Below are positions 1 through 9,164 of a DNA stretch of 32,000 nt, one piece after another (the first letter of the stretch is position 1; each line of letters begins with the position of its first letter). The notes under the pieces are model-generated. The model ran no database searches. It saw only the letters and a program-made list of their open reading frames with translations, and was not told where the DNA came from. The DNA comes from Nostoc sp. KVJ3 (GTDB taxonomy: Bacteria > Cyanobacteriota > Cyanobacteriia > Cyanobacteriales > Nostocaceae), in assembly GCF_026127265.1 (NCBI RefSeq), contig NZ_WWFG01000002.1, positions 2,690,144 through 2,722,143 on the forward strand, read 5' to 3'. A program made the translations under genes and the position numbers.

Positions 1-1
1 C

Positions 2-901
2 GGAAATCCAAATAATTTAGGGAAAGCAGGTGATTTAAATATAATCGCTCGCTCTATACTTCTGGACAATAAAGGAAAACTCATATCTAATAGTGAGTCA
101 GGTAAAGGCGGGAATATTACCTTACAGGTGCAGAATTTATTATTGATGCGCGACGAAAGTCAAATAACCACTAATGCAGGTACAACAAGGCTTGGTGGAG
201 ATGGCGGTAATATTATCATCAATGCACCTAATGGCTTTCTTGTCGCGACTCCCTTCGGAAATAACGATATTACTGCCAATTCCTTCTCTGACTCTGGTGG
301 TAAAGTGACAATCACCACTAAAAACATTTTTGGATTTGTGCCTCGCACTCGTGCAGATGTAGAGAAACTTGACCCAAAGAACATAAACCCGAATAATCTG
401 CAAACAAGTGACATCACCGCATTTTCTCAGCAAAACCCTTCATTAAATGGCACTGTCCAAATCAACTCACTAAGTGTTAACCCCAGTCAAGGATTAGTGG
501 AACTGCCCGTAAATCTGGTTGATGCTTCCCAGCAAATTGCTACTGGTTGTAGTTCTGGTGTAAAAATAGCCAGGAGTTCATTTATTGCTACTGGGCGTGG
601 CGGACTAGCAGCCGATCCTACGCAGCCATTGATAGCTGATGATGCAGTGCTGGCAGATTGGATTACATTGGAGCCAGAGAGTCAGAATCGGGCTGAGGGT
701 ATTGATAACAGAGTGATTGTTTATAAGCAGAGAAACACAGAAGAACCACAGAAAGTTAATTCTGTCAATGAACCTACTCAAATTGTCGAAGCTCAAGGCT
801 GGGTAGTGGATGCAAATGGTAACGTGGTTTTGGTTGCTCAAATACCCACTGCGTCGCCTCATAACTCTGCGCTCATTGCTACATCTTGCGCTGAGAATTA
901 G
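2..901 (+). CDS. C-terminal part (5' end outside window) of a filamentous-haemagglutinin-like two-partner-secretion exoprotein paralog
   Basis: The frame is open from nt 2 (GNPNNLGKAGDLNIIARS...) and runs into the ORF-track segment 128..901. Protein and DNA are colinear with the last ~295 codons of the 824-aa TPS protein at 3541..4426. For example, 403..470 is identical to 3925..3992. Confidence 0.85.
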   Translation, partial: GNPNNLGKAGDLNIIARSILLDNKGKLISNSESGKGGNITLQVQNLLLMRDESQITTNAGTTRLGGDGGNIIINAPNGFLVATPFGNNDITANSFSDSGGKVTITTKNIFGFVPRTRADVEKLDPKNINPNNLQTSDITAFSQQNPSLNGTVQINSLSVNPSQGLVELPVNLVDASQQIATGCSSGVKIARSSFIATGRGGLAADPTQPLIADDAVLADWITLEPESQNRAEGIDNRVIVYKQRNTEEPQKVNSVNEPTQIVEAQGWVVDANGNVVLVAQIPTASPHNSALIATSCAEN

Positions 902-907
902 AATTGC

Positions 908-915
908 GCGATCGC
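908..915. repeat. HIP1 octamer GCGATCGC (example copy; many more across the window, e.g. 940..947)
   Basis: Read directly from the sequence. The palindrome recurs in most genes and spacers of the window, which is characteristic of many cyanobacterial genomes. Confidence 0.9.
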
Positions 916-1263
916 TAATTCACTCTAACTTTTACAGAAGCGATCGCCCCTTCCATTAAACTTAGTTGTCAGTACAGCCTATCATTCGCGTAAAACTGTC
1001 AGTAGCCAGATTCATCAATGTTTTAATGAAATTCGGCAGAAATATATGAACTTTTGTTACATAATGCGTAATTATTACTAGCCAAACCGAAATCCTAATT
1101 ATGGGAGTTCACAAGAGCTTTATAAACCTAATGCTTTCGTGCCCCTCTGGAATCTGTATACTTAATTCCTTTGTTACCAAGGTCTACTAATCGAAGTCAC
1201 ATTAGTTTAGTAGATTACAAGATCAGCTCACACATCCATCAGTCAGCAAAGAGAGGAAAATTC

Positions 1264-1602
1264 ATGGAATCTCAAACAGTACAGCCAACAGTTATAGATG
1301 TCCAAACATTACAGCAATTAGAAGACGATATTAAAAATGAATTGAATAACATCCTGAAAAACTCTAATTTTGGCGAATTACTCGGAAAATACGGCTTATC
1401 AGGACAAAACATTTTAAAGGTTCAGTGCCTACTGGATTTAGCTCAAATCGAAGTTAGTGATGCTAATCATGATCAGCAAGTAGATAAATCTTTGTCAACA
1501 ATTATTCAACAATCAAACACAACCCTTAGAACAGTTACTATAAGCGGTTTTTATAACCCTTGTCCAGTACCTGGCTATCCTGGTGGCTGCTGGGTAGCTT
1601 AG
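1264..1602 (+). CDS. small hypothetical protein (112 aa from the internal ATG) with C-terminal Cys-x9-Cys tail (CPVPGYPGGCWVA)
   Basis: ORF 1171..1602. The ATG at 1264 follows a purine-rich AGAGAGGAAAA stretch. There is no recognisable domain or signal peptide. It lies between the two FHA-like genes on the same strand. Confidence 0.45.
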   Translation: MESQTVQPTVIDVQTLQQLEDDIKNELNNILKNSNFGELLGKYGLSGQNILKVQCLLDLAQIEVSDANHDQQVDKSLSTIIQQSNTTLRTVTISGFYNPCPVPGYPGGCWVA

Positions 1603-1951
1603 ATATAACTAAAATCTCATCAAGTGATACTGGTGAGATAAACAAGGCAATAATTTTCATCAGCAAGTTTACAATGGTAAACAATGCTAGTACTTAGTCA
1701 AACTAATTTTGATTTTTTGTAGTAGGGACTTCAGTGATTAGAAAATAAGGACTAAAGTCCTTACTCCAAAATTTTTCATCATCAATTTAACCTTGAAAAA
1801 CTACTAACAGAATTGTAAAGCTTTAACGTGAAACTCTTGCTTGATTCTTTGCTATTTTCAAAATTTGTACTACTAAATAACAATTGGTCGATACTTTAAA
1901 TCAGTCAGTATTTCACTACTTAACCATTCTTTATAAGGTGCAAATTTTGTT

Positions 1952-4426
1952 ATGACTCTAAAGAGCAAGGTTTGGTGCTGGCAGTTAAGTCTAATAAGTT
2001 TTTTAGCAATTACTGGAACATTCACCTTATCTGAGTATTGTGCCTTGGCGCAGATTAAAGAGGATCAAACTCTCGGTAGTAACAATTCAATCGTTACAGG
2101 CAAACTGAGTAATGGTCAACAGACTATTCAGATCGATGGTGGGGCAATTCACGGTAAAAACTTGTTCCATAGTTTTGAACAGTTTTCTGTTCTCACTGGC
2201 AATACAGCCTACTTTAATAATGCAGTAAATATTGAAAATATCATCACTCGCGTAACGGGCAAGTCCATTTCTAATATTAATGGCACACTTAAAGCTAATG
2301 GTACAGCCAACCTCTTTCTAATTAATCCCAACGGGATTATTTTTGGCCCCAATGCTTCTTTAAACATTGGTGGTTCATTTGTGGCAAGTACGGCGAGTAG
2401 TCTGAACTTTGCAGATGGTACTAAATTTAGCGCTACAGATCCCCAAACTACAACCCTTCTGACAGTCAGTGTTCCCATTGGCTTACAATTTGGAGCTACA
2501 TCAGAAACCATCCGCAATCAATCCCAAGCAAGTCCAGGTGGCGCAATCAATAACCTACAAGCGCCTGTTGGTCTACAGGTACTGTCAGGTAAAACCTTGG
2601 CACTTGTCGGTGGCAATGTTGTGCTGGAGGGAGGAGATTTAACAGCAAAGGGAGGACAAATAGAGCTAGGAAGTGTTGCTGTTAATAGTCTAGTTAAAAT
2701 GAACCAAACAGACCAAGGTTGGGACTTGGGATACGAAAATGTCAAGAATTTTCAGGACATCCAACTAATTTCGCGAACTGAAATTCCTTCTTATGTAGAT
2801 GTCGGTGGCGAAGGTGGAGGTAATATCCTGGTACAAGGTAGACGCGTACTCATAACTGGTTCTTCACAGATTTTGGCTAATAGCCTAAGCAAGCAACTAG
2901 CAGCAAATTTGACCGTTAATGCCTCCGATACTGTAGAGTTAATCGGTGGTATTCCTTTGAAGGTTGGGAGCGATCGTACAGGAGGTGCTGGAAACTTAAC
3001 GATCAACACTAGCAAGTTGATTCTCAGCAAGGGAGCACAAGTGTTACTTGATACTTCTCTCTCTAATTCGTTGGGACAATTGACTGTGAACGCCTCAGAT
3101 TCTGTAGAACTAATCGGTGGTTCCGACTTTCCACCCTCCTCTTTTTTCCCAAATGGTATTTTTATACCTAGCGGATTGTTTAGCGCAACTTATGATGTGG
3201 GAAATGCTGGTAACATCACGATTAATACTCAGAGGTTAAGTATCCAGGGAGGGGCACAGGTGTCAACAAAGTCTGACGGACAAGTTATATTTGCTGATAA
3301 CCAATATCAATTTAAACCCGCTACAGGAAATGGAGGGAATTTGACTGTGAACGCCTCCAAGTCCATAGAATTAACTGGAGCTTCACCAAATGGTACTAAG
3401 CTCAGTAACTTATCTGCTTCAACTACTGGTTCTGGATCTGCTGGAAATTTAGATATCACAACTGGGTTATTGATTATTCGCAATGGGGCTGCAATAAATG
3501 TGAGCAGTGAAGCTCAAAAGGATATCAATTATCAACCGGGTGTAACCAATTTAGGGAAAGCAGGTGAACTCAATATAACCACTCATTCCATACTTATGGA
3601 TCAAGGAACACTTACATCTAATAGTGAGTCAGGAAAGGGCGGGAATATTGCCTTACAGGTGCAGGATTTATTACTGATGCGTCGCAACAGTAAAATATCC
3701 ACTAACGCCAGGGGTGACGGAGATGGCGGCAATATCACTATCAAAGCACCTAATGGCTTCCTTGTGGCTACTCCCTTCGGAAATAACGATATCACCGCCA
3801 ACGGCTTCTTTGGCTCTGGTGGTAAAATCACAATCACCGCTAAGAGCATCTTTGGTTTTGTGCCCCGCACCCGTGCAGACGTAGAGAGACTTGACCCAAA
3901 AGAAGTTAACCCGAATAACCTGCCAACAAGTGACATCACCGCATTTTCTCAGCAAAACCCTTCATTAAATGGCACTGTCCAAATCAACTCACCAGATGCT
4001 GACCCCAGTAAAAGATTAGTGGAATTGCCCGTAAATCCGGTTGATGCTTCCCAGCAAATTGCTGCTGGTTGTGGTTCTGGTGGAAAAATAGCCAGGAGTT
4101 CATTTATTGCTACTGGACGTGGTGGACTAATGGCCGATCCCACGCAGCCATTGATAGCTGATGATGCAGTGCTGGCAGATTGGATCGCATTAGAGCCAGA
4201 GAGTAAAAATCATGCTAACGGTATTCAGAAAAGAGTAGTTGCTCAGGCGCAGCAAAATATAGAAGAAAAATCACAGAAGGTTAATTCTGTCAATGAACCT
4301 ACTCAAATTGTCGAAGCCCAAGGATGGGTAATTGATGCTAACGGGAACGTGGTTCTGGTTGCTCAAGTACCCACTGCGTCGCCTCATAATTTGTCACTCA
4401 CCGCGACATCATGCGCTGCTCATTAG
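1952..4426 (+). CDS. filamentous haemagglutinin N-terminal (TPS/haemagglutination activity) domain exoprotein, beta-helix repeat protein
   Basis: It has a signal peptide (MTLKSKVWCWQLSLISFLAITGTFTLSEYCALAQ). The TPS-domain hallmarks are present: NLFHSFEQFSV, ITRVTG, NGTLKANGTANLFLINPNGIIFG, GGSFVAST. Beta-helix units recur (NLTVNASDTVELIGG / QLTVNASDSVELIGG / NLTVNASKSIELTGA). Confidence 0.9.
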   Translation: MTLKSKVWCWQLSLISFLAITGTFTLSEYCALAQIKEDQTLGSNNSIVTGKLSNGQQTIQIDGGAIHGKNLFHSFEQFSVLTGNTAYFNNAVNIENIITRVTGKSISNINGTLKANGTANLFLINPNGIIFGPNASLNIGGSFVASTASSLNFADGTKFSATDPQTTTLLTVSVPIGLQFGATSETIRNQSQASPGGAINNLQAPVGLQVLSGKTLALVGGNVVLEGGDLTAKGGQIELGSVAVNSLVKMNQTDQGWDLGYENVKNFQDIQLISRTEIPSYVDVGGEGGGNILVQGRRVLITGSSQILANSLSKQLAANLTVNASDTVELIGGIPLKVGSDRTGGAGNLTINTSKLILSKGAQVLLDTSLSNSLGQLTVNASDSVELIGGSDFPPSSFFPNGIFIPSGLFSATYDVGNAGNITINTQRLSIQGGAQVSTKSDGQVIFADNQYQFKPATGNGGNLTVNASKSIELTGASPNGTKLSNLSASTTGSGSAGNLDITTGLLIIRNGAAINVSSEAQKDINYQPGVTNLGKAGELNITTHSILMDQGTLTSNSESGKGGNIALQVQDLLLMRRNSKISTNARGDGDGGNITIKAPNGFLVATPFGNNDITANGFFGSGGKITITAKSIFGFVPRTRADVERLDPKEVNPNNLPTSDITAFSQQNPSLNGTVQINSPDADPSKRLVELPVNPVDASQQIAAGCGSGGKIARSSFIATGRGGLMADPTQPLIADDAVLADWIALEPESKNHANGIQKRVVAQAQQNIEEKSQKVNSVNEPTQIVEAQGWVIDANGNVVLVAQVPTASPHNLSLTATSCAAH

Positions 4427-4429
4427 AAT

Positions 4430-4650
4430 TTGAGATATGGCAGTTTTCCTACGGATGAGTAGAGCAACCAGGGCAATAGAATGATGCCTCCGGTGCGCGG
4501 CTTGGGCAACGCGGCTATACAAACAAAGTTCGCCTTTCCTACGGAACGCTACGCGAACGCGGACTAAGAAAAAATTGGGTTTTTGAAACCCACGGAGGTG
4601 GTTTTTGTCTGTGTAAACGCGGTTGCTAACCGCCCTTTTAACTCCTAATT
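4430..4650. repeat. dispersed-repeat-rich convergent intergenic region
   Basis: It contains CCTACGGA...CTACGCGAACGCGG motifs, which are related to the CTTCGCGAACGC core of the SDR elements elsewhere in the window. It also has small palindromes such as GCGGTTGCTAACCGC. The 106-aa ORF here looks like an artefact. Confidence 0.5.
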
Positions 4651-4652
4651 CC

Positions 4653-5684
4653 CTAACTTGTCTCCTGAATTTGCAAACGAACAGTGTGTTCAGTCGCACC
4701 ACTAAGTTGCAATTCCATAATTTCACCACCTAGAGGTTCTAAGCAAGTGAGGAGCGATCGCAAGTTGGGTGTACTTGCGCCAGTATCTACATATAATCGA
4801 TCCGCCAAATTACCAATCCGTTTCCAAGTCATGTAGAGTTTAGCGATCGTTTGTTCAATCTGAGATGCTTGATTGACCAAATCAGCAGCTATGCTCAAAC
4901 AGCCGACTCTTTGCGCCTCTTCTAAGGCTGTTTCAATATCAATATTTTCCTGCGTTAGCGCCTGAACTTGAGCCGCCCCTTTGAGATATTTGGCCAAGTT
5001 ACGCGCTTCGGTAGTTACCTGTTTCAGGGTATCTACATCAGGATTGGCAGCAATTTCCTTCTGGATAAATTTTTGATGCGATTCTGGCAGTTTTTCCATT
5101 TCCTTCACCAGTGGGGCAATGTAGCGCGGGGGAAGGGTATTATCTGCGGCTTTTTCCTTGACTGATTCGGGTAATAAATCCGAGGACATAGCTGTCCATT
5201 CATCGCTGAGTTGACGCACTTCGCGCCTGGTGATGCGATCGCCTTTTTGGGCAGCTTCACTCACCATCTGTTGCACTTCTGGCGATGCTTTGGAGGTTTC
5301 AACAAAGGCCCGTTTACTGAAGTTATTCACAGAACCGGGATCGAGTTTACCGTCTTCAATTAGAGTATCGGCACTATTAGCCAGTTGAATCCAGGCATAA
5401 GCTTGACTTTTACTGATTTCCCGCTCTTTTAGCCATCGCAGAAAGCCAGTACCGCGCCCGTCACCGCCGACTTTTTCTCTGTCGCGGATCGCGCGTAAAA
5501 TTCGCCCCCGCCAGATTTCGGTTTGCAAATCAAAGCGATCGCACACCTGCCAAGCTATTTCTAGCTGCTGTTGAAAATCTGACTCTAGAATCTGTTCATC
5601 TTCTGGATCGGGCAGTTCAAAGCTGATATCGGCTGGCTGCTGTAAAGCAGCAGCAAGGTCGTTGATGGAGTCGGTGTCTTGCAC
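4653..5684 (-). CDS. conserved hypothetical protein (acidic N-terminus, helical; GTG start)
   Basis: This is a long ORF of 343 aa with uniform coding-like composition. The start codon is GTG (revcomp of CAC at 5682..5684). I recognised no diagnostic motif. Confidence 0.6.
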   Translation of the reverse strand: MQDTDSINDLAAALQQPADISFELPDPEDEQILESDFQQQLEIAWQVCDRFDLQTEIWRGRILRAIRDREKVGGDGRGTGFLRWLKEREISKSQAYAWIQLANSADTLIEDGKLDPGSVNNFSKRAFVETSKASPEVQQMVSEAAQKGDRITRREVRQLSDEWTAMSSDLLPESVKEKAADNTLPPRYIAPLVKEMEKLPESHQKFIQKEIAANPDVDTLKQVTTEARNLAKYLKGAAQVQALTQENIDIETALEEAQRVGCLSIAADLVNQASQIEQTIAKLYMTWKRIGNLADRLYVDTGASTPNLRSLLTCLEPLGGEIMELQLSGATEHTVRLQIQETS

Positions 5685-6021
5685 GATTGAGACTAACTAG
5701 GTGGATGCGATCGGCTTATTATGCCACAATCTGCGGACTCTCACTTAAGGGAGAGTACGGTATTTTGAGTTACAACAAATATAGTAGGAGGGGTAAACCG
5801 CCTCTGTGACTCAATTTGGGATTTTAGATTTTGCATTAAGCTATGTGGCATTAATGCATTGGCTTTCGAGCAAGAATTTTAGATTGGTTTTTGCGTTCAA
5901 ATTCCCTTACTCTGAAACCTTTTTAAATTTTTGGTTGTGAATTATTGAATCCAAAATCCCTAATTTAAAATCTAAAATTCTGGGAAGTCTTTAATTAATT
6001 AGAGAGAATAAAAATAAAACG

Positions 6022-7008
6022 ATGAACCAGGTAGACTACCTCCGCATTAGCTTAATCGATCGCTGCAACTTTCGTTGTCAATACTGTATGCCAGAGGGAG
6101 TAGAACTGGATTATATTCTCAAGCAACAGTTATTGACTGATGAGGAACTACTCAGCTTAATTCAAGAAGTATTTATTCCAGTAGGCTTTACCCGATTTCG
6201 TTTGACTGGCGGTGAACCATTATTACGTCCGCGGGTGGTGGATTTGGTCAGCGCGATCGCAACTTTACCCCAAACTCAAGACCTCTCAATGACTACCAAC
6301 GGGTTTTTGCTGGCTCCGATGGCACAAAACCTCTACAATGCAGGTCTGCGAAGAATTAATATTAGTCTGGATTCTCTCGATCCCGATATTTTCGATCAAA
6401 TTATTGGTAATCAGGGACGTTCTCGTTGGCAACAAGTTTGGCAGGGGATTCAAGCTGCCCATCACGTCGGATTCGACCCTTTGAAACTTAATGTGGTGGT
6501 GATTCCTGGCGTTAATGACCACGAAATTCTAGATTTAGCTGCCCTGACAATTGATAAACAGTGGCACGTTCGATTTATCGAATTTATGCCCATTGGTAAT
6601 GTACATTTATTTGGCGATCGCGGTTGGGTTTCTTCAGCCAATTTACGAGAACGGATTCGCGATCGCTGGGGCTTGACAGAATCACAAGTTCGTGGTGCTG
6701 GCCCTGCTGATGTCTTTCAAATTCCTGGTGCGAAGGGGACACTAGGATTTATTAGTCAAATGTCAGAATGTTTTTGCGATCGTTGTAACCGGATGCGCCT
6801 AAGTGCAGATGGCTGGCTGCGTCCCTGTTTATTAAATGAAACTGGTCAAATAGATTTAAAAACTGCTCTGCGTTCTGGTGTTAGCACCACTCAATTACAA
6901 GAGCAAGTCAGGCATTTACTGCAAATAAAGCCAGAAATTAACTTTAAAGGGCGCGATTCTGGCGTTACGGGTACATATAGCCGCACCATGTCACAAATTG
7001 GCGGGTGA
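6022..7008 (+). CDS. moaA: GTP 3',8-cyclase MoaA (molybdenum cofactor biosynthesis, radical SAM)
   Basis: N-terminal radical-SAM cluster motif CNFRCQYC. Also [15 protein letters not shown] and INISLDS, plus the C-terminal second-cluster motif [21 protein letters not shown]. Confidence 0.95.
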   Translation: MNQVDYLRISLIDRCNFRCQYCMPEGVELDYILKQQLLTDEELLSLIQEVFIPVGFTRFRLTGGEPLLRPRVVDLVSAIATLPQTQDLSMTTNGFLLAPMAQNLYNAGLRRINISLDSLDPDIFDQIIGNQGRSRWQQVWQGIQAAHHVGFDPLKLNVVVIPGVNDHEILDLAALTIDKQWHVRFIEFMPIGNVHLFGDRGWVSSANLRERIRDRWGLTESQVRGAGPADVFQIPGAKGTLGFISQMSECFCDRCNRMRLSADGWLRPCLLNETGQIDLKTALRSGVSTTQLQEQVRHLLQIKPEINFKGRDSGVTGTYSRTMSQIGG

Positions 7009-7014
7009 AAATAG

Positions 7015-7081
7015 TTATGAGTTAAAAGTGAGGAGTTAGGAATTATCGTCTTTCAACTCATAACTCATAACTCCTAACTCC
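7015..7081. repeat. heptamer (STRR-like) and inverted repeats in the moaA/rpsD convergent spacer; possible bidirectional terminator
   Basis: GTTATGAGTT (7015..7024) is complementary to AACTCATAAC (7056..7065). GAGTTAGGA (7034..7042) is complementary to TCCTAACTC (7073..7081). The two pairings cross, so they are alternative hairpins. The ACTCATA/ACTCCTA heptamers are tandem. Confidence 0.35.
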
Positions 7082-7690
7082 TTACGCTTGTCGTGAGTAG
7101 TATTCCACCACAAGTAGTTCATTAACTTGTAGTGCCACCCATTCGCGTTCAATAACGCTGTTGACTTTACCAACCAACTTATTTTTGTCAAACTCCAAAT
7201 GACTGGGGAGGTTGGCCAAACCGGGATATTGCAAGTTAGCTTCCACCAACTTCCGTGATTGTGCCCGATCTCTGACTGCAATTGTTTCACCAGGACGGCA
7301 TTGATAGCTGGCAATATTCACCACACGACCGTTAACAGTTACGTGACCGTGGTTTACCAGTTGACGCGCTGCGGGGATAGTCGGGGCTATACCCAAGCGG
7401 AAAACGGTATTATCCAACCGCATTTCTAGCAATTGCAACAGCACTTGTCCGGTAGAACCGGTAACACGTCTAGCTTTCCGCACATAGCGGAGCAATTGTT
7501 TTTCAGTCAAACCGTAGTTGAAGCGCAGCTTTTGCTTTTCTTCTAAACGGATGGCATATTCAGAGCGTTTTTTACGGTTCTGACCATGCTGACCAGGTGG
7601 GTAAGCGCGTCTGGCGCTTTTACGAGTCAATCCTGGGAGGTCGCCTAAGCGACGGACAATTCTGAGGCGGGGCCCTCTATATCGGGACAT
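7082..7690 (-). CDS. rpsD: 30S ribosomal protein S4
   Basis: [22 protein letters not shown]..., 202 aa, with an S4 RNA-binding domain ([39 protein letters not shown]). Confidence 0.97.
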   Translation of the reverse strand: MSRYRGPRLRIVRRLGDLPGLTRKSARRAYPPGQHGQNRKKRSEYAIRLEEKQKLRFNYGLTEKQLLRYVRKARRVTGSTGQVLLQLLEMRLDNTVFRLGIAPTIPAARQLVNHGHVTVNGRVVNIASYQCRPGETIAVRDRAQSRKLVEANLQYPGLANLPSHLEFDKNKLVGKVNSVIEREWVALQVNELLVVEYYSRQA

Positions 7691-8147
7691 GAGTTTCCTT
7701 AATCTAATCCTGTTTAAACTTTACCCAAACGTTCCATTTTGACATTCCCCCGATCCAAAAATTAGGGGATTCTTGGTTTTTTGAGGCTACTTGCTTTGGT
7801 ATGACGTATCCTACCAAAATAGAGGCATCAAATTTTTCGCCAGTTGCTTTAAGCCGATAGAGCCAACACACTAGCTTCCAAGCCTGAATTCCGACCTGTC
7901 ACGCCGTACTCGTGCCAATAAGTTTTTTGTGTTTATTTAGTTTCGTAGGCTACTCAATCATCAGATTGGTTTACGCAGTATTCTTACTCTGAAATACTTT
8001 TTGCGTTGCCTACTTATCTTTCAAACAGTTATATTAACACATTTTCCGGCATAATTAATTATGTCTATACCTTGCTCGTGCTGAAATTCTGTAATTGCAG
8101 AGGATTTTTTAAATATTTGAGTTAGCATAACTTTGGGTGTTTGGAGA

Positions 8148-8792
8148 ATGGCAATGTTAATGAGCAATAAAGCGGTTAATAGAGGTAAGAACAAACAAGC
8201 CAGTTCCACCTCCAGAAGTTTAGTAGTACCAGTTTTGGCTATAGCTGGATGGTTGACAACGATCTTACCCAATCCAGCGATCGCTGCTTCCTACAGCAAT
8301 GATTATAGTGTCTGTGCGGGTCGCCTCCTAAAAGTGGGTGTAACGGCAGAAGCAGCTTCACTTGGTTGTGCAGCAGCACTGCGTCCAAAGGATTTGGCTG
8401 CTTGTGTGGTTAGCATCAAAAATAAGACCCAAATTGCTGCGACAGATGCACTTTATACTTGTGGGAAGGCGCGCCGTCCTGAAGAGTTAGCTACCTGTGT
8501 AGTTGGTGTTAGCTTAAGTACTAAGGAAGAAGCTAATCCGGCAGTTTTAGATTACTGTGGACGTAGTTTGTTACCGGTGCGCTTTGGTCAGTGTGTAGTT
8601 GGCTTGCGTAGTCAAATAGACCTTCCCACTACCCAGGCGTTAGATACTTGTATCAGTGCTAGTGATAGTATTGTTGGCGCTTCATCTTCGTCTGCACCGT
8701 CAACGATAATTCCTGCGGGATCAAATCCAAGTAACGACACTATCCCATTTCCAACACAACCGATTGCTCCAGCACAGCCACGCACTAATTAA
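8148..8792 (+). CDS. secreted Cys-repeat protein, hypothetical
   Basis: The ATG at 8148 follows GGAGA; the ORF-track start at 8133 is TTG. Signal peptide ...LAIAGWLTTILPNPAIA/AS. There are three to four copies of a Cys-pair unit (CAAALRPKDLAACVV, CGKARRPEELATCVV, CGRSLLPVRFGQCVV, ALDTCI). The tail is Ser/Pro-rich. Confidence 0.65.
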   Translation: MAMLMSNKAVNRGKNKQASSTSRSLVVPVLAIAGWLTTILPNPAIAASYSNDYSVCAGRLLKVGVTAEAASLGCAAALRPKDLAACVVSIKNKTQIAATDALYTCGKARRPEELATCVVGVSLSTKEEANPAVLDYCGRSLLPVRFGQCVVGLRSQIDLPTTQALDTCISASDSIVGASSSSAPSTIIPAGSNPSNDTIPFPTQPIAPAQPRTN

Positions 8793-8823
8793 ATTACCGT
8801 GCTTGGCAATTGACCTTATTTAG

Positions 8824-9156
8824 TGCTGAGTGCTGAGAATGAGTGGAGAATCTGAGTGCTTTACTCTAAGTTCTGCACTCAGCATTTTTAACCAGAACAT
8901 CGCTTTTTCAATCAGGAGTCAGAATTAATTCTGACTCCTTAATTCTATTTCGATAAAAACTTGGCTGCACCCAACTTTTTTGCAATTAATCCAGATACGC
9001 AACCTCTCAAATAATTCTGGAATCTGTGAGTTGCAACTCTCACAAATCAAATCGGATTGCTATATCTACATAGGACTTACCCAAAATCGTCTCAAGAACC
9101 TGATTTGTCGTAGCGGTAATTCATGAATTACCGCTACTTCTTTTTACGTAAGTCCT
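8824..9156. repeat. cluster of strong palindromes/hairpins
   Basis: TGCTGAGTGC...GCACTCAGCA lies at about 8824..8886. A perfect 26-bp palindrome, AGGAGTCAGAATTAATTCTGACTCCT, is at 8914..8939. GTAGCGGTAATT-CATG-AATTACCGCTAC at 9110..9137 is nested inside AGGACTTAC (9072..9080) / GTAAGTCCT (9148..9156). Confidence 0.7.
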
Positions 9157-9164
9157 GATACAAT

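Noticed and set aside
140-862. Minus-strand ORFs 140..433, 160..417 and 605..862 inside the first FHA-like gene, and likewise 2209..2517, 2518..2745, 2791..3030, 3601..3939, 3671..3955 and 3949..4143 inside the second
   Set aside because: They are fully nested antisense to long ORFs with clear TPS/beta-helix protein motifs. Their translations are low-complexity mirror images of the repeats, with no start context.
1-4426. Classical CDI (CdiA-CT toxin plus CdiI immunity) interpretation of the FHA-like genes and the small ORF
   Set aside because: The C-terminal ~290 aa of the two large proteins are conserved between paralogs, not polymorphic toxin tips. No VENN-like demarcation was seen, and the second paralog has no downstream small ORF. 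The small ORF is kept only as an unexplained item.
4409-4729. 106-aa minus-strand ORF
   Set aside because: It runs through the repeat-rich convergent spacer and overlaps the 3' ends of two better-supported genes. It is Arg-rich in a way typical of translated repeats.
5685-6021. Possible Moco riboswitch or other leader upstream of moaA
   Set aside because: I saw only short generic stems, such as GAGG..CCTC around 5790..5812. I could not recognise the conserved Moco-motif core, and a covariance-model scan would be needed. It is not reported as a feature.
7036-7314. 92-aa ORF overlapping rpsD in another frame
   Set aside because: It is entirely inside the unmistakable S4 gene and the STRR-like spacer.
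8021-8272. 83-aa minus-strand ORF
   Set aside because: It lies antisense to the start of the secreted Cys-repeat gene and its promoter region. It has no motif and a poor start context.
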